Origin: an uncultured bacterium
GTDB lineage: Bacteria; Verrucomicrobiota; Lentisphaeria; Victivallales; UBA1829
Length of the DNA: 64,000 nucleotides
Direction of reading: 5' to 3'
Assembly: GCA_902780135.1 (NCBI GenBank)
Contig: CACZEK010000001.1
Coordinates: forward strand, 64,663-128,662
Shown here piece after piece: positions 22,105 through 31,430 of this stretch. The notes under the pieces are model-generated. The model saw only the letters and a list, made by a program, of their open reading frames with translations, did not search any database and was not told the DNA's origin. The translations under genes were made by a program, and so were the position numbers. Numbering within the stretch: position 1 is the first letter of the stretch; every line of letters begins with the position of its first letter.

Positions 22105-23622
22105 ATGCAGCCGCTGCCCCTGCCGACCTTCGCCGAAGCCCTGAAACCGCTTCTCTCCGCGCCGTACGACGCCACCTCAAATCCGCTCATCTCCTCGGTC
22201 GCGAACAACTCGGCAAAGGCCGCGCCGGGCACGCTCTTCCTCGCGATCAGGGGCGCGAAGGCGGACGGACACCGGTTCCTTCCCGACGCCGTCCGCAGGG
22301 GCGCGTCCGCGCTGGTCGTTTCGGCGGACTACGGCGGCCCCCTGCCCTCCGGCATCCCCGTCCTCCGCGTCACGGACTCCTATTTCGCCTGGTCAGTCGT
22401 CTGCGAGACGTTTTTCCGGCGGCCCGCGGACGCGTTCCGCGTACACACGGTCACCGGCACCAACGGCAAGACGTCGACCGCGTATTTCCTGCGGCACTTC
22501 CTCGACACGGCGAAACCGGGCGCGAAGACCGCGCTGGTCTCGACCGTCTGCTGCGACCTCGGCGCGGGGCCGGAGCCGTCCGAGCACACCACGCCCGACG
22601 CGTTCACGCTGCAGGAGATGTTCGCCGCGATGAAGTCCAACGGCATCACGGACGCCGTCATGGAAAGCTCCAGCCACGGCCTGCACCAGCACCGCTCCGG
22701 CACGCTCGGATTCGCCTCGGCGGCATTCACGAACCTCACGGGCGACCACCTGGACTACCACGGCGACATGGAGAACTACTACCAGGCGAAGAAGATCCTC
22801 TTCCGCGAGCTTCTCGCCGACGGCACCCCGGCGGCAGTCAACACAGACGACCCCGCGGGCGCGCGGCTTGTTTCCGAGCTGAAACGCGAACGCCCCGCGC
22901 TCCGCATCCTGCCCGTCTCCTTCGCCGGACGCCAAGGCGCGTTCTGCTCCCTGCGGGAACTCCGCCTCGGCCCGGCGTTCTCCGACCTGGAATTCACGCT
23001 CGACGGGCGCGACGTCTCCCTGCGGCTGCCCCTGCCCGGCGCGTTCAACGCCGCGAACTATCTGACCGCCCTCTCCATGGCATACGGACTCGGGCTGCCG
23101 TTCGACAGGCTGATGGAGGCCTCGGCTGCCATGCCGCACGTCCCGGGCCGGCTTCAGGCGGTGCCGCTGGCATGCGGCGCGACCGGATTCGTGGACTACG
23201 CCCACACGGACGATGCGCTGGAACGCGTTTTAAGCAGCCTGCGCGAGGTTTTGACGGCAGGGGGACGCCTGATCGCGGTCTTCGGGTGCGGCGGCGACAG
23301 GGACCGCTCCAAACGCCCCAGAATGGGCGCGGCGGCCGCACGCCTCGCCGACCTCCCGGTCCTCACCAGCGACAACCCGCGTTCCGAGGACCCGTTGGAC
23401 ATCATCCGCGAGATCGAGTCCGGCATCCCGCGCGGGACGCATTACCTCGTGGAACCCGACCGCGCAAAAGCCATTGAGCTGGCGGTGCGTGAGGCGCGCG
23501 CGGGCGACATCCTGCTGGTGGCGGGCAAGGGGCACGAAACATGGCAGGAAACGCGCGAGGGGAAACAGCCCTTCTCCGACATGGAAATCCTGAACCGAAC
23601 CGCTTCCGCGCCTGACGCTTGA
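22105..23622 (+). CDS. murE: UDP-N-acetylmuramoyl-L-Ala-D-Glu--meso-DAP ligase
   Basis: VTGTNGKTST, HTTPD, MESSSHGL, TNLTGDHLDYH, DYAHT, GCGGDRD, SDNPR (DAP-type), AGKGHE. Confidence 0.95.
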   Translation: MQPLPLPTFAEALKPLLSAPYDATSNPLISSVANNSAKAAPGTLFLAIRGAKADGHRFLPDAVRRGASALVVSADYGGPLPSGIPVLRVTDSYFAWSVVCETFFRRPADAFRVHTVTGTNGKTSTAYFLRHFLDTAKPGAKTALVSTVCCDLGAGPEPSEHTTPDAFTLQEMFAAMKSNGITDAVMESSSHGLHQHRSGTLGFASAAFTNLTGDHLDYHGDMENYYQAKKILFRELLADGTPAAVNTDDPAGARLVSELKRERPALRILPVSFAGRQGAFCSLRELRLGPAFSDLEFTLDGRDVSLRLPLPGAFNAANYLTALSMAYGLGLPFDRLMEASAAMPHVPGRLQAVPLACGATGFVDYAHTDDALERVLSSLREVLTAGGRLIAVFGCGGDRDRSKRPRMGAAAARLADLPVLTSDNPRSEDPLDIIREIESGIPRGTHYLVEPDRAKAIELAVREARAGDILLVAGKGHETWQETREGKQPFSDMEILNRTASAPDA

Positions 23623-23647
23623 AAAAGCCCGGTTCCGGGTGTAAATT
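23619..23647 (+). promoter_or_regulatory. Possible sigma70 promoter for the GT39 gene, overlapping the murE stop
   Basis: TTGAAA-N17-TAAATT. Confidence 0.45.
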
Positions 23648-23716
23648 ATCAGTCAGCTTTTTTCAACCCCTCCCCCCCCACGGCTTCCGCAGGACAAAAC
23701 GGGACCGCCCCCCATC

Positions 23717-25240
23717 ATGAATCACGACAATCACGACAGACGACTCGAACGCTATCTCCTCGTTTTCATGGCCGTCTGGCTCGTCCTTCTGACGGCCGTC
23801 CCGTCCGTTTTCTATACCGTCCTCCCGCTCGACACGATCGAGACGGTCATGTGGAGCCACCCGTTCTCCATGGGCAACGCGAAGCATCCGCCGCTGGCGG
23901 CGTGGCTGGCGGGCATCTTCACGCTGGCGTTCGCGCACACGGATTTCGCGATGTATCTGCTGAGCCAGCTGATGCTTGTGACCGGGTTCGTGTACGTGTA
24001 CCGCCTCGGGAAGGAATTCTTCAGCACGGAAAAGGCGGTCTTCTCCGTCATACTCCTGAGCACGATCATTTTCTACACCTTCGACTCGGCGAAGTTCAAC
24101 GTCAACCTCCCGCACATGGCGCTGTGGCCCATGATGACGTTCTACTGCTACCGCGGAGTCAAGAACGACCGATATGCCGACTGGATCCTGTTCGGCGCGG
24201 CGTCCGCGCTCTCCGTGCTCAGCAAGTTCTTCGGGTTCGCGCTCCTGCTCGCCCTGTTCCTGTTCATCCTGACCGGGCGCGAGACGCGGAGATTCTTCCG
24301 GCGGCCGGGGCCGTACCTGGCGTTCGCGGTCTTCCTGCTCGTGCTCGCGCCGTACATCGTGTGGCTGGTCCGGAACGACTTTCCGCCGTTCACGTACATC
24401 GTGGGCCGCGTTTCCGAGGAGCGGCTGGATCCCGCAGTCAATTTCTTCCGTGTGCTGGGCGAGTCGCTGTATCCCCTCGCGATGCCGCTTTTCTTGCTGT
24501 GGCTTACGATGGACCGCCCCGTTCAAGCCCTGCTCAGATTCCGTCCGCGCGCCCTGCTGCGTCCGTCCGATCCCGTGGCGGCGCGCCTGGCGGTCTGCAT
24601 CCAGTTCACGCCGGTCGTGCTGCTGACGCTGATGGCGGGCACGGGCATCATGATCGACTCGATGTGGGAGTATCCGGTCTACTTCATCACCGGGTTCTTC
24701 CTGATGGCGTTCTGGAAGGACGACGTGTCGCTCCGCGAGTTCAAAAAACTCTTCTGCGTGCTCATGGTCCTGTTCGTTTCCGTTCAGCTCTCCGACGTGT
24801 ACTACTGGTTCACGAAGACGCGCAGCCGCGGCCATTTCAACGCGCGCGAGTTCGCCGCGACGGCGCAGAGCTTCTACCGCGAACAGACCGGACGCGACAT
24901 CCCGCTCGCGTTCGGCGACATGTGGTACGCCGGATGCGTCATGCAGTATCTGCCGGAACACCCGTTCGCCGGTTCGTTCGAGGACCCCTACGACGAGTTC
25001 AGATTCCGTTCGGTCCTGGACCGGGAGGGCGCGCTCGGCGTCTATCACAGGGAAAGCGACGTCAAGATGCTGGCGGACGCGCTCGGCCTGAACGCCGATG
25101 AACTCAGGGCGAACGCGAAACACTTCATGTTCGACTTCAAGGCGCCTTACGGCAAGACCAAGACGCTCGACCTTCTGCTTGTGGCGATCCCGCCCCGGAA
25201 GGCGGACGCGGAGCAGGCCCCGGCCTCAGGCGGGGAATGA
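23717..25240 (+). CDS. Glycosyltransferase family 39 / ArnT-PMT-like (GT-C) membrane protein
   Basis: KHPPLAAW, many transmembrane helices, LSKF motif, C-terminal soluble domain. Confidence 0.8.
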   Translation: MNHDNHDRRLERYLLVFMAVWLVLLTAVPSVFYTVLPLDTIETVMWSHPFSMGNAKHPPLAAWLAGIFTLAFAHTDFAMYLLSQLMLVTGFVYVYRLGKEFFSTEKAVFSVILLSTIIFYTFDSAKFNVNLPHMALWPMMTFYCYRGVKNDRYADWILFGAASALSVLSKFFGFALLLALFLFILTGRETRRFFRRPGPYLAFAVFLLVLAPYIVWLVRNDFPPFTYIVGRVSEERLDPAVNFFRVLGESLYPLAMPLFLLWLTMDRPVQALLRFRPRALLRPSDPVAARLAVCIQFTPVVLLTLMAGTGIMIDSMWEYPVYFITGFFLMAFWKDDVSLREFKKLFCVLMVLFVSVQLSDVYYWFTKTRSRGHFNAREFAATAQSFYREQTGRDIPLAFGDMWYAGCVMQYLPEHPFAGSFEDPYDEFRFRSVLDREGALGVYHRESDVKMLADALGLNADELRANAKHFMFDFKAPYGKTKTLDLLLVAIPPRKADAEQAPASGGE

Positions 25241-25609
25241 AATCCGTTTGAGCTCGAAAACGGGCATGCCCGCCTCATTTTTTTCACGCCGCGCGGACAC
25301 GGGCGGCAGCCTTTCCCCGCAAGCTCAAACCGAGCTCAAATCCGGAATGAAGCCGAAGCAGCCGCCCGCCAAGTTCAAACAGAATATGCCTTGAGTTCAA
25401 AACGAGGCGAAACGAACTCTTCCTCCCCCGTTCGCCGCAAAGCATTTTTCCGCCGTCCGGCACGGCTTTCCGCGGCATGCCCGGGAACCGTCGCATCGCG
25501 TTGCCGGAGCCATCCCGTTTCATAACTCGAAAAAACGTTGAAAATGCGCCATCTTTCCGCAAAAAACGCATTTTTTTAAAGAAAATCGCATTTTTTTTCG
25601 TTTTTTCGC

Positions 25610-25638
25610 TTGACATTGCTCAATTGAGGGGGTATATT
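25610..25638 (+). promoter_or_regulatory. Near-consensus sigma70 promoter
   Basis: TTGACA-N17-TATATT; GGAGGAG Shine-Dalgarno at 25657-25663. Confidence 0.8.
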
Positions 25639-25667
25639 TGGCTAACCCTTAACCTGGAGGAGTGTCC

Positions 25668-25844
25668 ATGAAACACAATTTCTACGACGTCAAGATGAAG
25701 AAGAAAGTCTCTGCCGAAGTCACCAAAGCGGTCAAATTCGGTAAAGGCACCCGCACCCGCTATGCCTTCAAGGCTGTCACGAAAGATGGTCGTTCTCTGA
25801 CCGCCTTCGTCAAGAAGGAAGACTGGGACAAGTTCAAAGCCTGA
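25668..25844 (+). CDS. 58-aa highly basic small protein (candidate nucleoid/DNA-binding protein)
   Basis: Own promoter, strong SD and terminator; 14 Lys + 3 Arg versus 6 acidic residues. Confidence 0.8.
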   Translation: MKHNFYDVKMKKKVSAEVTKAVKFGKGTRTRYAFKAVTKDGRSLTAFVKKEDWDKFKA

Positions 25845-25863
25845 TCCCTGTTCCTTTTCGCGG

Positions 25864-25893
25864 GACGCCCTGGCGACAGGGCGTCTTTTTTTT
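25864..25893 (+). terminator. Intrinsic terminator
   Basis: GACGCCCTG-GCGA-CAGGGCGTC followed by T8. Confidence 0.9.
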
Positions 25894-25971
25894 GTCTCTT
25901 CATTTGAAGCGGCCCGGGCGCGGCGGACAACACGGCGCCGACCGGCGCGCGGACCGGAAGGAGATGTCGAA

Positions 25972-26577
25972 TTGAACGAATCCGAGCTGTACAGAAGCCT
26001 TGGCGCCCTGACCGGAAACAGGGACGAATGGGAAAAGAACATCCCGTATGTGTCTTCGCTGCTTTCCTCCGAATCCGTCAGGATCAGGGCAAAGGCGCTC
26101 TGGCTGCTGGGGGAAATGGGACTGCGGCATCCGTCTTCCATCCGGGACAGCGTTCCCGCGATCGCCTCGTTCCGCGACAGCGCGGAGCCGATTCTGCGCG
26201 AACGCGCGCTCAACGCCCTCGGCAGGACCGGCAGGGGCGACTGGCGGCTGGTCGAGCCGTACTGGGCCGACCTGTTCCGGTTTGCCCGGGACCGGGAGCC
26301 CAATGTGAGGCTGAGCTTCATCTGGGCGTCGGAGAATATCGCCTCGAATACGCCGGATCCGTACGGAAGCTTCATGCCCGTGTTTGCGGAACTGCTGCAC
26401 GACCGCGACGACAGGGTCCGGATGGAGGCGCCGGAGATCTTCCGCGTTCTCGGCAGGCGCAGGCCGGAGTTCGTACATCCCTATATCGAGCTGCTGCGCG
26501 CGATTTCGGAAACCGACGGCAACCGGGTCGTCAGGATCCATTGCGCGGGAGCGATCCGGGCGGCGTGCCGGGAATAG
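25972..26577 (+). CDS. HEAT-repeat protein
   Basis: Repeats such as VRIRAKALWLLGEMG, LRERALNALGRTG, DRVRMEAPEIFRVLG; TTG start with GAAGGAG SD. Confidence 0.75.
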   Translation: MNESELYRSLGALTGNRDEWEKNIPYVSSLLSSESVRIRAKALWLLGEMGLRHPSSIRDSVPAIASFRDSAEPILRERALNALGRTGRGDWRLVEPYWADLFRFARDREPNVRLSFIWASENIASNTPDPYGSFMPVFAELLHDRDDRVRMEAPEIFRVLGRRRPEFVHPYIELLRAISETDGNRVVRIHCAGAIRAACRE

Positions 26578-26829
26578 GGATCCCGGTTCAGCGGGAACGG
26601 ATGTCCCGCAGTCCTCCGGTCTCCCCGTTCCTCCACATTTTTCAAATGTTATCGGCATCATTGCTTGAAAAAACAAAGAAAAATGCTATAGTAGCATATA
26701 ATATACGAACAACGAAAATAATCCATGCGGGGACAGAGCCGGCCTGCCGGCTTCAGGCGAGGAAACGAATGATTGCGGATGACTTCTCCCGGCGGAATGC
26801 GATCCATGCGATAGACGCCAGGTAATACG

Positions 26830-28770
26830 ATGCAGGACTATATCTATTCCGTCATAGCCTTTCTGGCGATGGTGATCCACCTGATCATCAACTTCGACAT
26901 GCTCCCCGGCCGGAGAACGCCCGGAGGACGCAGCACGTACGAATACCGCGTCTTTTTGGGGGGCGTTTTCTTCTATTATCTGACCGATGCGGGCTGGGGC
27001 GTCTTTGCGGGTCTCGCCTGGACCCGTGTCCTGTATGCCGACACGATGCTCTACTACATCGCGATCGCCATATCGGTCCTCACGCTATGCCGTTTCATCA
27101 TCGCCTATCTGGGGATGGGCGGATGGAAGGCGCGCATGCTCGCCTGGTTCGGGTATGCGCTTCTGTCGCTGTACGTCGTGCTGCTGACGGCAAATCTCTT
27201 CAACGACTGCCTGTTTCTTTTCGATGAGAACGGCGCTTATGCCGCCGGGCCGCTGCGCCACCTCATATTCTATCCTCTGGTCGTCCTGATCGTCCTGCTG
27301 ACGGTTTTTGTGTTCATGAAGGCTCTGGCATCCCGGGATTCCATGCGCAGGCGGTACATGGCGGTCTTCCTGTTCTGCCTCACCATGGGGCTGGCGGTCT
27401 TCCTTCAGATCCTCTGGCCCCTTCTGCCGTTTTACGCGCTCGGGTGTCTCATCGGGAACTGTTTCTTCCATGTCTTCGTCCTGGAGGACGAGCGCGCCGA
27501 ACTGCGGCGTGCCACGATCGAGCGCGAACAGACGACCAAGCACATGGCTGAGCTTGAGAAGGCGCTTGAGCGCGCCCGCGCGGCGGAGAAAGCCAGGAGC
27601 CTGTTCTTCAGCACCGTGAGCCACGACATCCGCACGCCGCTCAACGCCATCATCGGCTACTCCGAGCTGCTCATCGGCGGCATCAAGGACGAACAGGAGC
27701 GCGCCAAGGCGCTGTCCGCCATTTCCACCAGCGGACACACGCTGCTCCAGCTCATCAACGACGTGCTGGACCTCTCCAAGCTCGAATCCGGCAAAATGGT
27801 CATCAAGCCCGAACCGACCGACGTCCGCAAGCTCGTTTCCTCCGTGCTCCACTCCTTCGACGTGATCGTCAAGGACGGCAATGTGGAGCTGAAAGAGGAA
27901 TACGGCGAAATGCCGCAGCTTGAGATCGACCCGCAGCGCATCCGCCAGATCCTCTTCAACCTGATCGGCAATGCCATCAAATTCACGGAGCATGGAGCGA
28001 TCCGCGTCAAGGCGTCATTCCGGGAAAAAAGCCAGGACGGCAGGAACAACGTCTTCTCGCTCATCGTATCGGATACGGGCTGCGGCATCCCTTATGAGGT
28101 CAGGGACAGGCTGATGAACCCGTTTGTGCAGGCAAACGACGTAAAAACGCAGGGAACCGGCCTGGGGCTTGCCATCTGCACACAGCTTGCGGACAGCATG
28201 GGCGGCCAGCTCTCGTTCGTCTCCGAACTGGGAAAGGGCTCCATTTTTACGATGGAGCTCTACAACGTGAAGACGGCCGAACCCGGTTCCGCCCCCGGAA
28301 GCGCCGCCTCGGAACAGGACAGGAATGCCCCGCGGGAGCAGACGCAGGGGGATGACAAAGCGCGCGAAACCCGGAAAGATCCGGCGCAAACACGCATCCT
28401 GATCGCGGATGATGTGCCGTTGAACCTCGCCGTCCTGAAAGCGCTCCTCGTCAAAACCGGAATACGCGACGTCGTGGCCGCCGTTGACGGGCGGGACGCC
28501 TGGGAAAAGCTTCAGGCTTCGGAAAAGCCGTTCGACCTGATCCTGACCGACATGTGGATGCCGGTCATGGACGGCAAAGACCTGACGGCAAAGATCCGGG
28601 CGGATGAACGCTTCGCCGGACTTCCGGTCTATGCCGTCACCGCCGACATCGAGGAACAGAAGAATTTCGCCGAACACGGATTCACGGGGGTGCTTCTGAA
28701 GCCCCTGACCATTGACAAACTTGCAGTTTTTTTCAATGAAAACGGAATCCGCGCCGAAAAACCCGTGTGA
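26830..28770 (+). CDS. Hybrid sensor histidine kinase / response regulator
   Basis: About six TM helices, SHDIRTPLN H-box, NLIGNAIKF, DTGCGI, GTGLGL, receiver LTDMWMP. Confidence 0.95.
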   Translation: MQDYIYSVIAFLAMVIHLIINFDMLPGRRTPGGRSTYEYRVFLGGVFFYYLTDAGWGVFAGLAWTRVLYADTMLYYIAIAISVLTLCRFIIAYLGMGGWKARMLAWFGYALLSLYVVLLTANLFNDCLFLFDENGAYAAGPLRHLIFYPLVVLIVLLTVFVFMKALASRDSMRRRYMAVFLFCLTMGLAVFLQILWPLLPFYALGCLIGNCFFHVFVLEDERAELRRATIEREQTTKHMAELEKALERARAAEKARSLFFSTVSHDIRTPLNAIIGYSELLIGGIKDEQERAKALSAISTSGHTLLQLINDVLDLSKLESGKMVIKPEPTDVRKLVSSVLHSFDVIVKDGNVELKEEYGEMPQLEIDPQRIRQILFNLIGNAIKFTEHGAIRVKASFREKSQDGRNNVFSLIVSDTGCGIPYEVRDRLMNPFVQANDVKTQGTGLGLAICTQLADSMGGQLSFVSELGKGSIFTMELYNVKTAEPGSAPGSAASEQDRNAPREQTQGDDKARETRKDPAQTRILIADDVPLNLAVLKALLVKTGIRDVVAAVDGRDAWEKLQASEKPFDLILTDMWMPVMDGKDLTAKIRADERFAGLPVYAVTADIEEQKNFAEHGFTGVLLKPLTIDKLAVFFNENGIRAEKPV

Positions 28771-28927
28771 CCCTGGCGCCGAACCGCCGCGACGCGGGTC
28801 CCGGACCGGCATCCCGGTTCAGAACGCGGTCTTTTCCCCCGGAACGCCCCGGCCATGCCGGCCCGAACGGCGCACCGTGCCCGCCCCGCCCGCGCCGCAC
28901 GTTTTTTCCTGATGCTCCGGCGCGGTT

Positions 28928-29131
28928 TCAGCCGACGATCGCCTTGAGTCCGTCCACGGTAACGGGTTTCAGCTGCATCCCGTCGAATCCGATCCGGCTG
29001 AATTTGCCCTGCATTTCCGTGTCCGCGGTCACCACATGGACCGGGATCTTCGCGAGTCTCTCGTCCGCCCGGATGGCACGGACGAGACCTTCACCGTCCA
29101 TGACCGGCATCCACATGTCGGTCAGGACGAG
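28928..29131 (-). pseudogene. Truncated receiver domain of a third hybrid kinase paralogue
   Basis: LVLTDMWMPVMDG...VTADTE...LKP; the N-terminal part of the receiver and the whole kinase are missing. Confidence 0.75.
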
Positions 29132-29288
29132 GGCTATAAAATAGCCGCTTGTCCGGTTTTTTCAAGCAGCAATGTTTGCAAATCACCGCAAAATTATTTC
29201 CACCCGGCAAAACAAGCAGACATTCCCCCGGCGGAGCGGCGCTCCCGCGCCTCGAAAGCGACTCCCCCCGACGCGGGGGCGGCGGACG

Positions 29289-31310
29289 TCAGTTCCGCGT
29301 TTCGTCCGCCGGAAGGTATACCCTGTAGTCCGGAGTTTCAATCAGGCGCGGATAATGCTCCCGGATCGCCCCGGGCTTTTCCCACATGCCGTCATACGGC
29401 GTCACCAGGACCGCCCTGATCTTCAGTTCCCCGGCGAGGTAGGCGATCTCACTCTCCGGAGGATCGCCGTCGAAGATGCCGCAGACCCGGTCATAACGCT
29501 GCCGGAGCTTTTCCTGCGGATAAAACTCGGAGTAGCACTTGGAGAAGATCATGTCCCCGATCGCCGTGGCGCGTTTGGAATAGAGGGAGAAAAAGACGTT
29601 GGTGGAATAATCCCGCATTTCATGCAGCATGCCCAGCTCGTAGAAGCTCTTCGGATTGCATTGCACCAGATCGTCCGCTTTTGTGTTCCGGTGAACGGCA
29701 TCCCAGCCTTTGACGGACCGGGCGAACTGCCCTCTCAGTTCCGGGTAGGTTTTCCTGAGCCCGACCTCGGCAAGTCCATCCGCGGAAATGGAGCACTCGA
29801 AAACGGCGAGCAGGGCGATCATGCCGTACCCGAACGCCTTTCTGCCTTTTCTTCCGGCACGGGCCCAGTCGATGAACCGCACCAGAAGAAACGCGGTGAA
29901 GAAACTGAGCAGATATGCCGTCGAGGTAAAGGTGCGCCAGCCGAAATCGTTGGAATAGAAACTGCTGTGGACCACGGTGACGCTCAGGAGCGAGACCAGG
30001 ATGAAAACCCGGAAAAACTGCATCATGCCGTTCCCGGGCAGGATCCGCGGCACAAGGCAGGCGATCATCCCCAGAAGGAAACTCAATCCGATATTGTTCG
30101 GAAGCTGGAATACGTACAGGGAAACAAGATAACGGATCCAGCCGGACGCGCCGCCGCGCAGGTCATAAGCCGGCATGATGCCGAATGCGAGGGGAAACGT
30201 CTCCGACTTGACCTCGGTCAAATAGCGGAAATAGGAAACGGAAAGCAGCAGAAACACGGCGGACATAAGCAGGTGCGGAACGATGTTCCGGTTGACCCTC
30301 CTGCGGAAACCGCCCCACGCCGAATAAAGGACCGCCGCGGAGACACCCGCATAGACAAGCGTGAAAGCGCCCGCATAGACCGAGGTGAAGGCCGCCGAAG
30401 CGCCCAGGATCCCGGTCAGTGCCGCGTCCCACAGTTTTTCTTTCCGCGTTTTCACCCGGAGCGTCCGGAAATAAAGGAAGAGGATCAGGACGACGACCGC
30501 GCCGGAAAACATGTGGTGCGGGGACCAGACGAAGTTGTCGAGGTTGGACCAGTACCCCAGAAACCCCGATATCGGGTTGAGGGTCCGGTCGAGCTTCTCC
30601 GGCATCATCTTCCGCACGAATTGGGAAGAACTGAAGACAAACGCCAGGGAAAAGAGAAAGGCTCCGATCCCGTATTTCCTTCTCCCCAGCCCGCAGAGCC
30701 CGGCGATCCCGGTCAGCCCGGAAAGCACGGCAAAAGCCGAAAACCCCGTCATGCAGCTCTCGGCGAAGAGCGCGGAGACCTTCGTCAGCACGGGAAGCTG
30801 CGCCGCCCAGGCGTACCAGCCGAAGTAATAAAACAGCGGGACCGGCTGTCCGTCGTCCGCAAGCCACGGATTGACCGGAGGCATTCCGAAGGTCGCGAGG
30901 GAGTTGACGATCGCACAGCGTACGTGGTCATAGACGGCGAAACTGAAATACAGGCCGCCGTCGATCTCAAACGGATAGACCAGCCGGCTTATGCATACGG
31001 AAATGGGAAAGATCACGGCGAAAACCGCGTACGGCGTCTTTTCCTTCGGCAGGAAGAGGGTCCTCCGCCGGAACACGCACCAGGCCGCCGCGAGAAGCAG
31101 GCGGATCGGCAGATTCCACGGACTGCGAGGGAACAGCCAGGACGGGCTGAGCACGACCCAGACGGCGGCGCCGAGAAGCGGAGCCAGCAAAAAACTGAAC
31201 GCCCTTTTCCCCTCCCGCCGCAAAGACGCGGGCAGCAGCGTCATTCCGAAAACCGTGTACAGGACGCAAAGCAGGAAGTGCGCCAGCGCGAAATACAACA
31301 GCTCCGTCAT
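29289..31310 (-). CDS. Polytopic membrane protein, probable GT-C-fold glycosyltransferase
   Basis: More than 12 hydrophobic helices; loop DHVRCAIVNSL...PPVNPWLA...LFYYFGWY typical of GT-C-like proteins (inference). Confidence 0.55.
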   Translation of the reverse strand: MTELLYFALAHFLLCVLYTVFGMTLLPASLRREGKRAFSFLLAPLLGAAVWVVLSPSWLFPRSPWNLPIRLLLAAAWCVFRRRTLFLPKEKTPYAVFAVIFPISVCISRLVYPFEIDGGLYFSFAVYDHVRCAIVNSLATFGMPPVNPWLADDGQPVPLFYYFGWYAWAAQLPVLTKVSALFAESCMTGFSAFAVLSGLTGIAGLCGLGRRKYGIGAFLFSLAFVFSSSQFVRKMMPEKLDRTLNPISGFLGYWSNLDNFVWSPHHMFSGAVVVLILFLYFRTLRVKTRKEKLWDAALTGILGASAAFTSVYAGAFTLVYAGVSAAVLYSAWGGFRRRVNRNIVPHLLMSAVFLLLSVSYFRYLTEVKSETFPLAFGIMPAYDLRGGASGWIRYLVSLYVFQLPNNIGLSFLLGMIACLVPRILPGNGMMQFFRVFILVSLLSVTVVHSSFYSNDFGWRTFTSTAYLLSFFTAFLLVRFIDWARAGRKGRKAFGYGMIALLAVFECSISADGLAEVGLRKTYPELRGQFARSVKGWDAVHRNTKADDLVQCNPKSFYELGMLHEMRDYSTNVFFSLYSKRATAIGDMIFSKCYSEFYPQEKLRQRYDRVCGIFDGDPPESEIAYLAGELKIRAVLVTPYDGMWEKPGAIREHYPRLIETPDYRVYLPADETRN

Positions 31311-31430
31311 GGTTCCGATGTCCTTCCCGGTTTCAAATCGCCCGCACGGACGGAGGAAGACGCGTTCAGCTTGGAAATAAGTCCGCCGCTCATCTTTCGT
31401 CGTCTCAGGCGCTCAGGCTTGAAGCTCCCG

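Noticed and set aside
26580-28822. ATCCCGGTTCAG 12-mer on both sides of the first hybrid kinase
   Set aside because: A single short GC-rich match with no mobility gene; compatible with chance.
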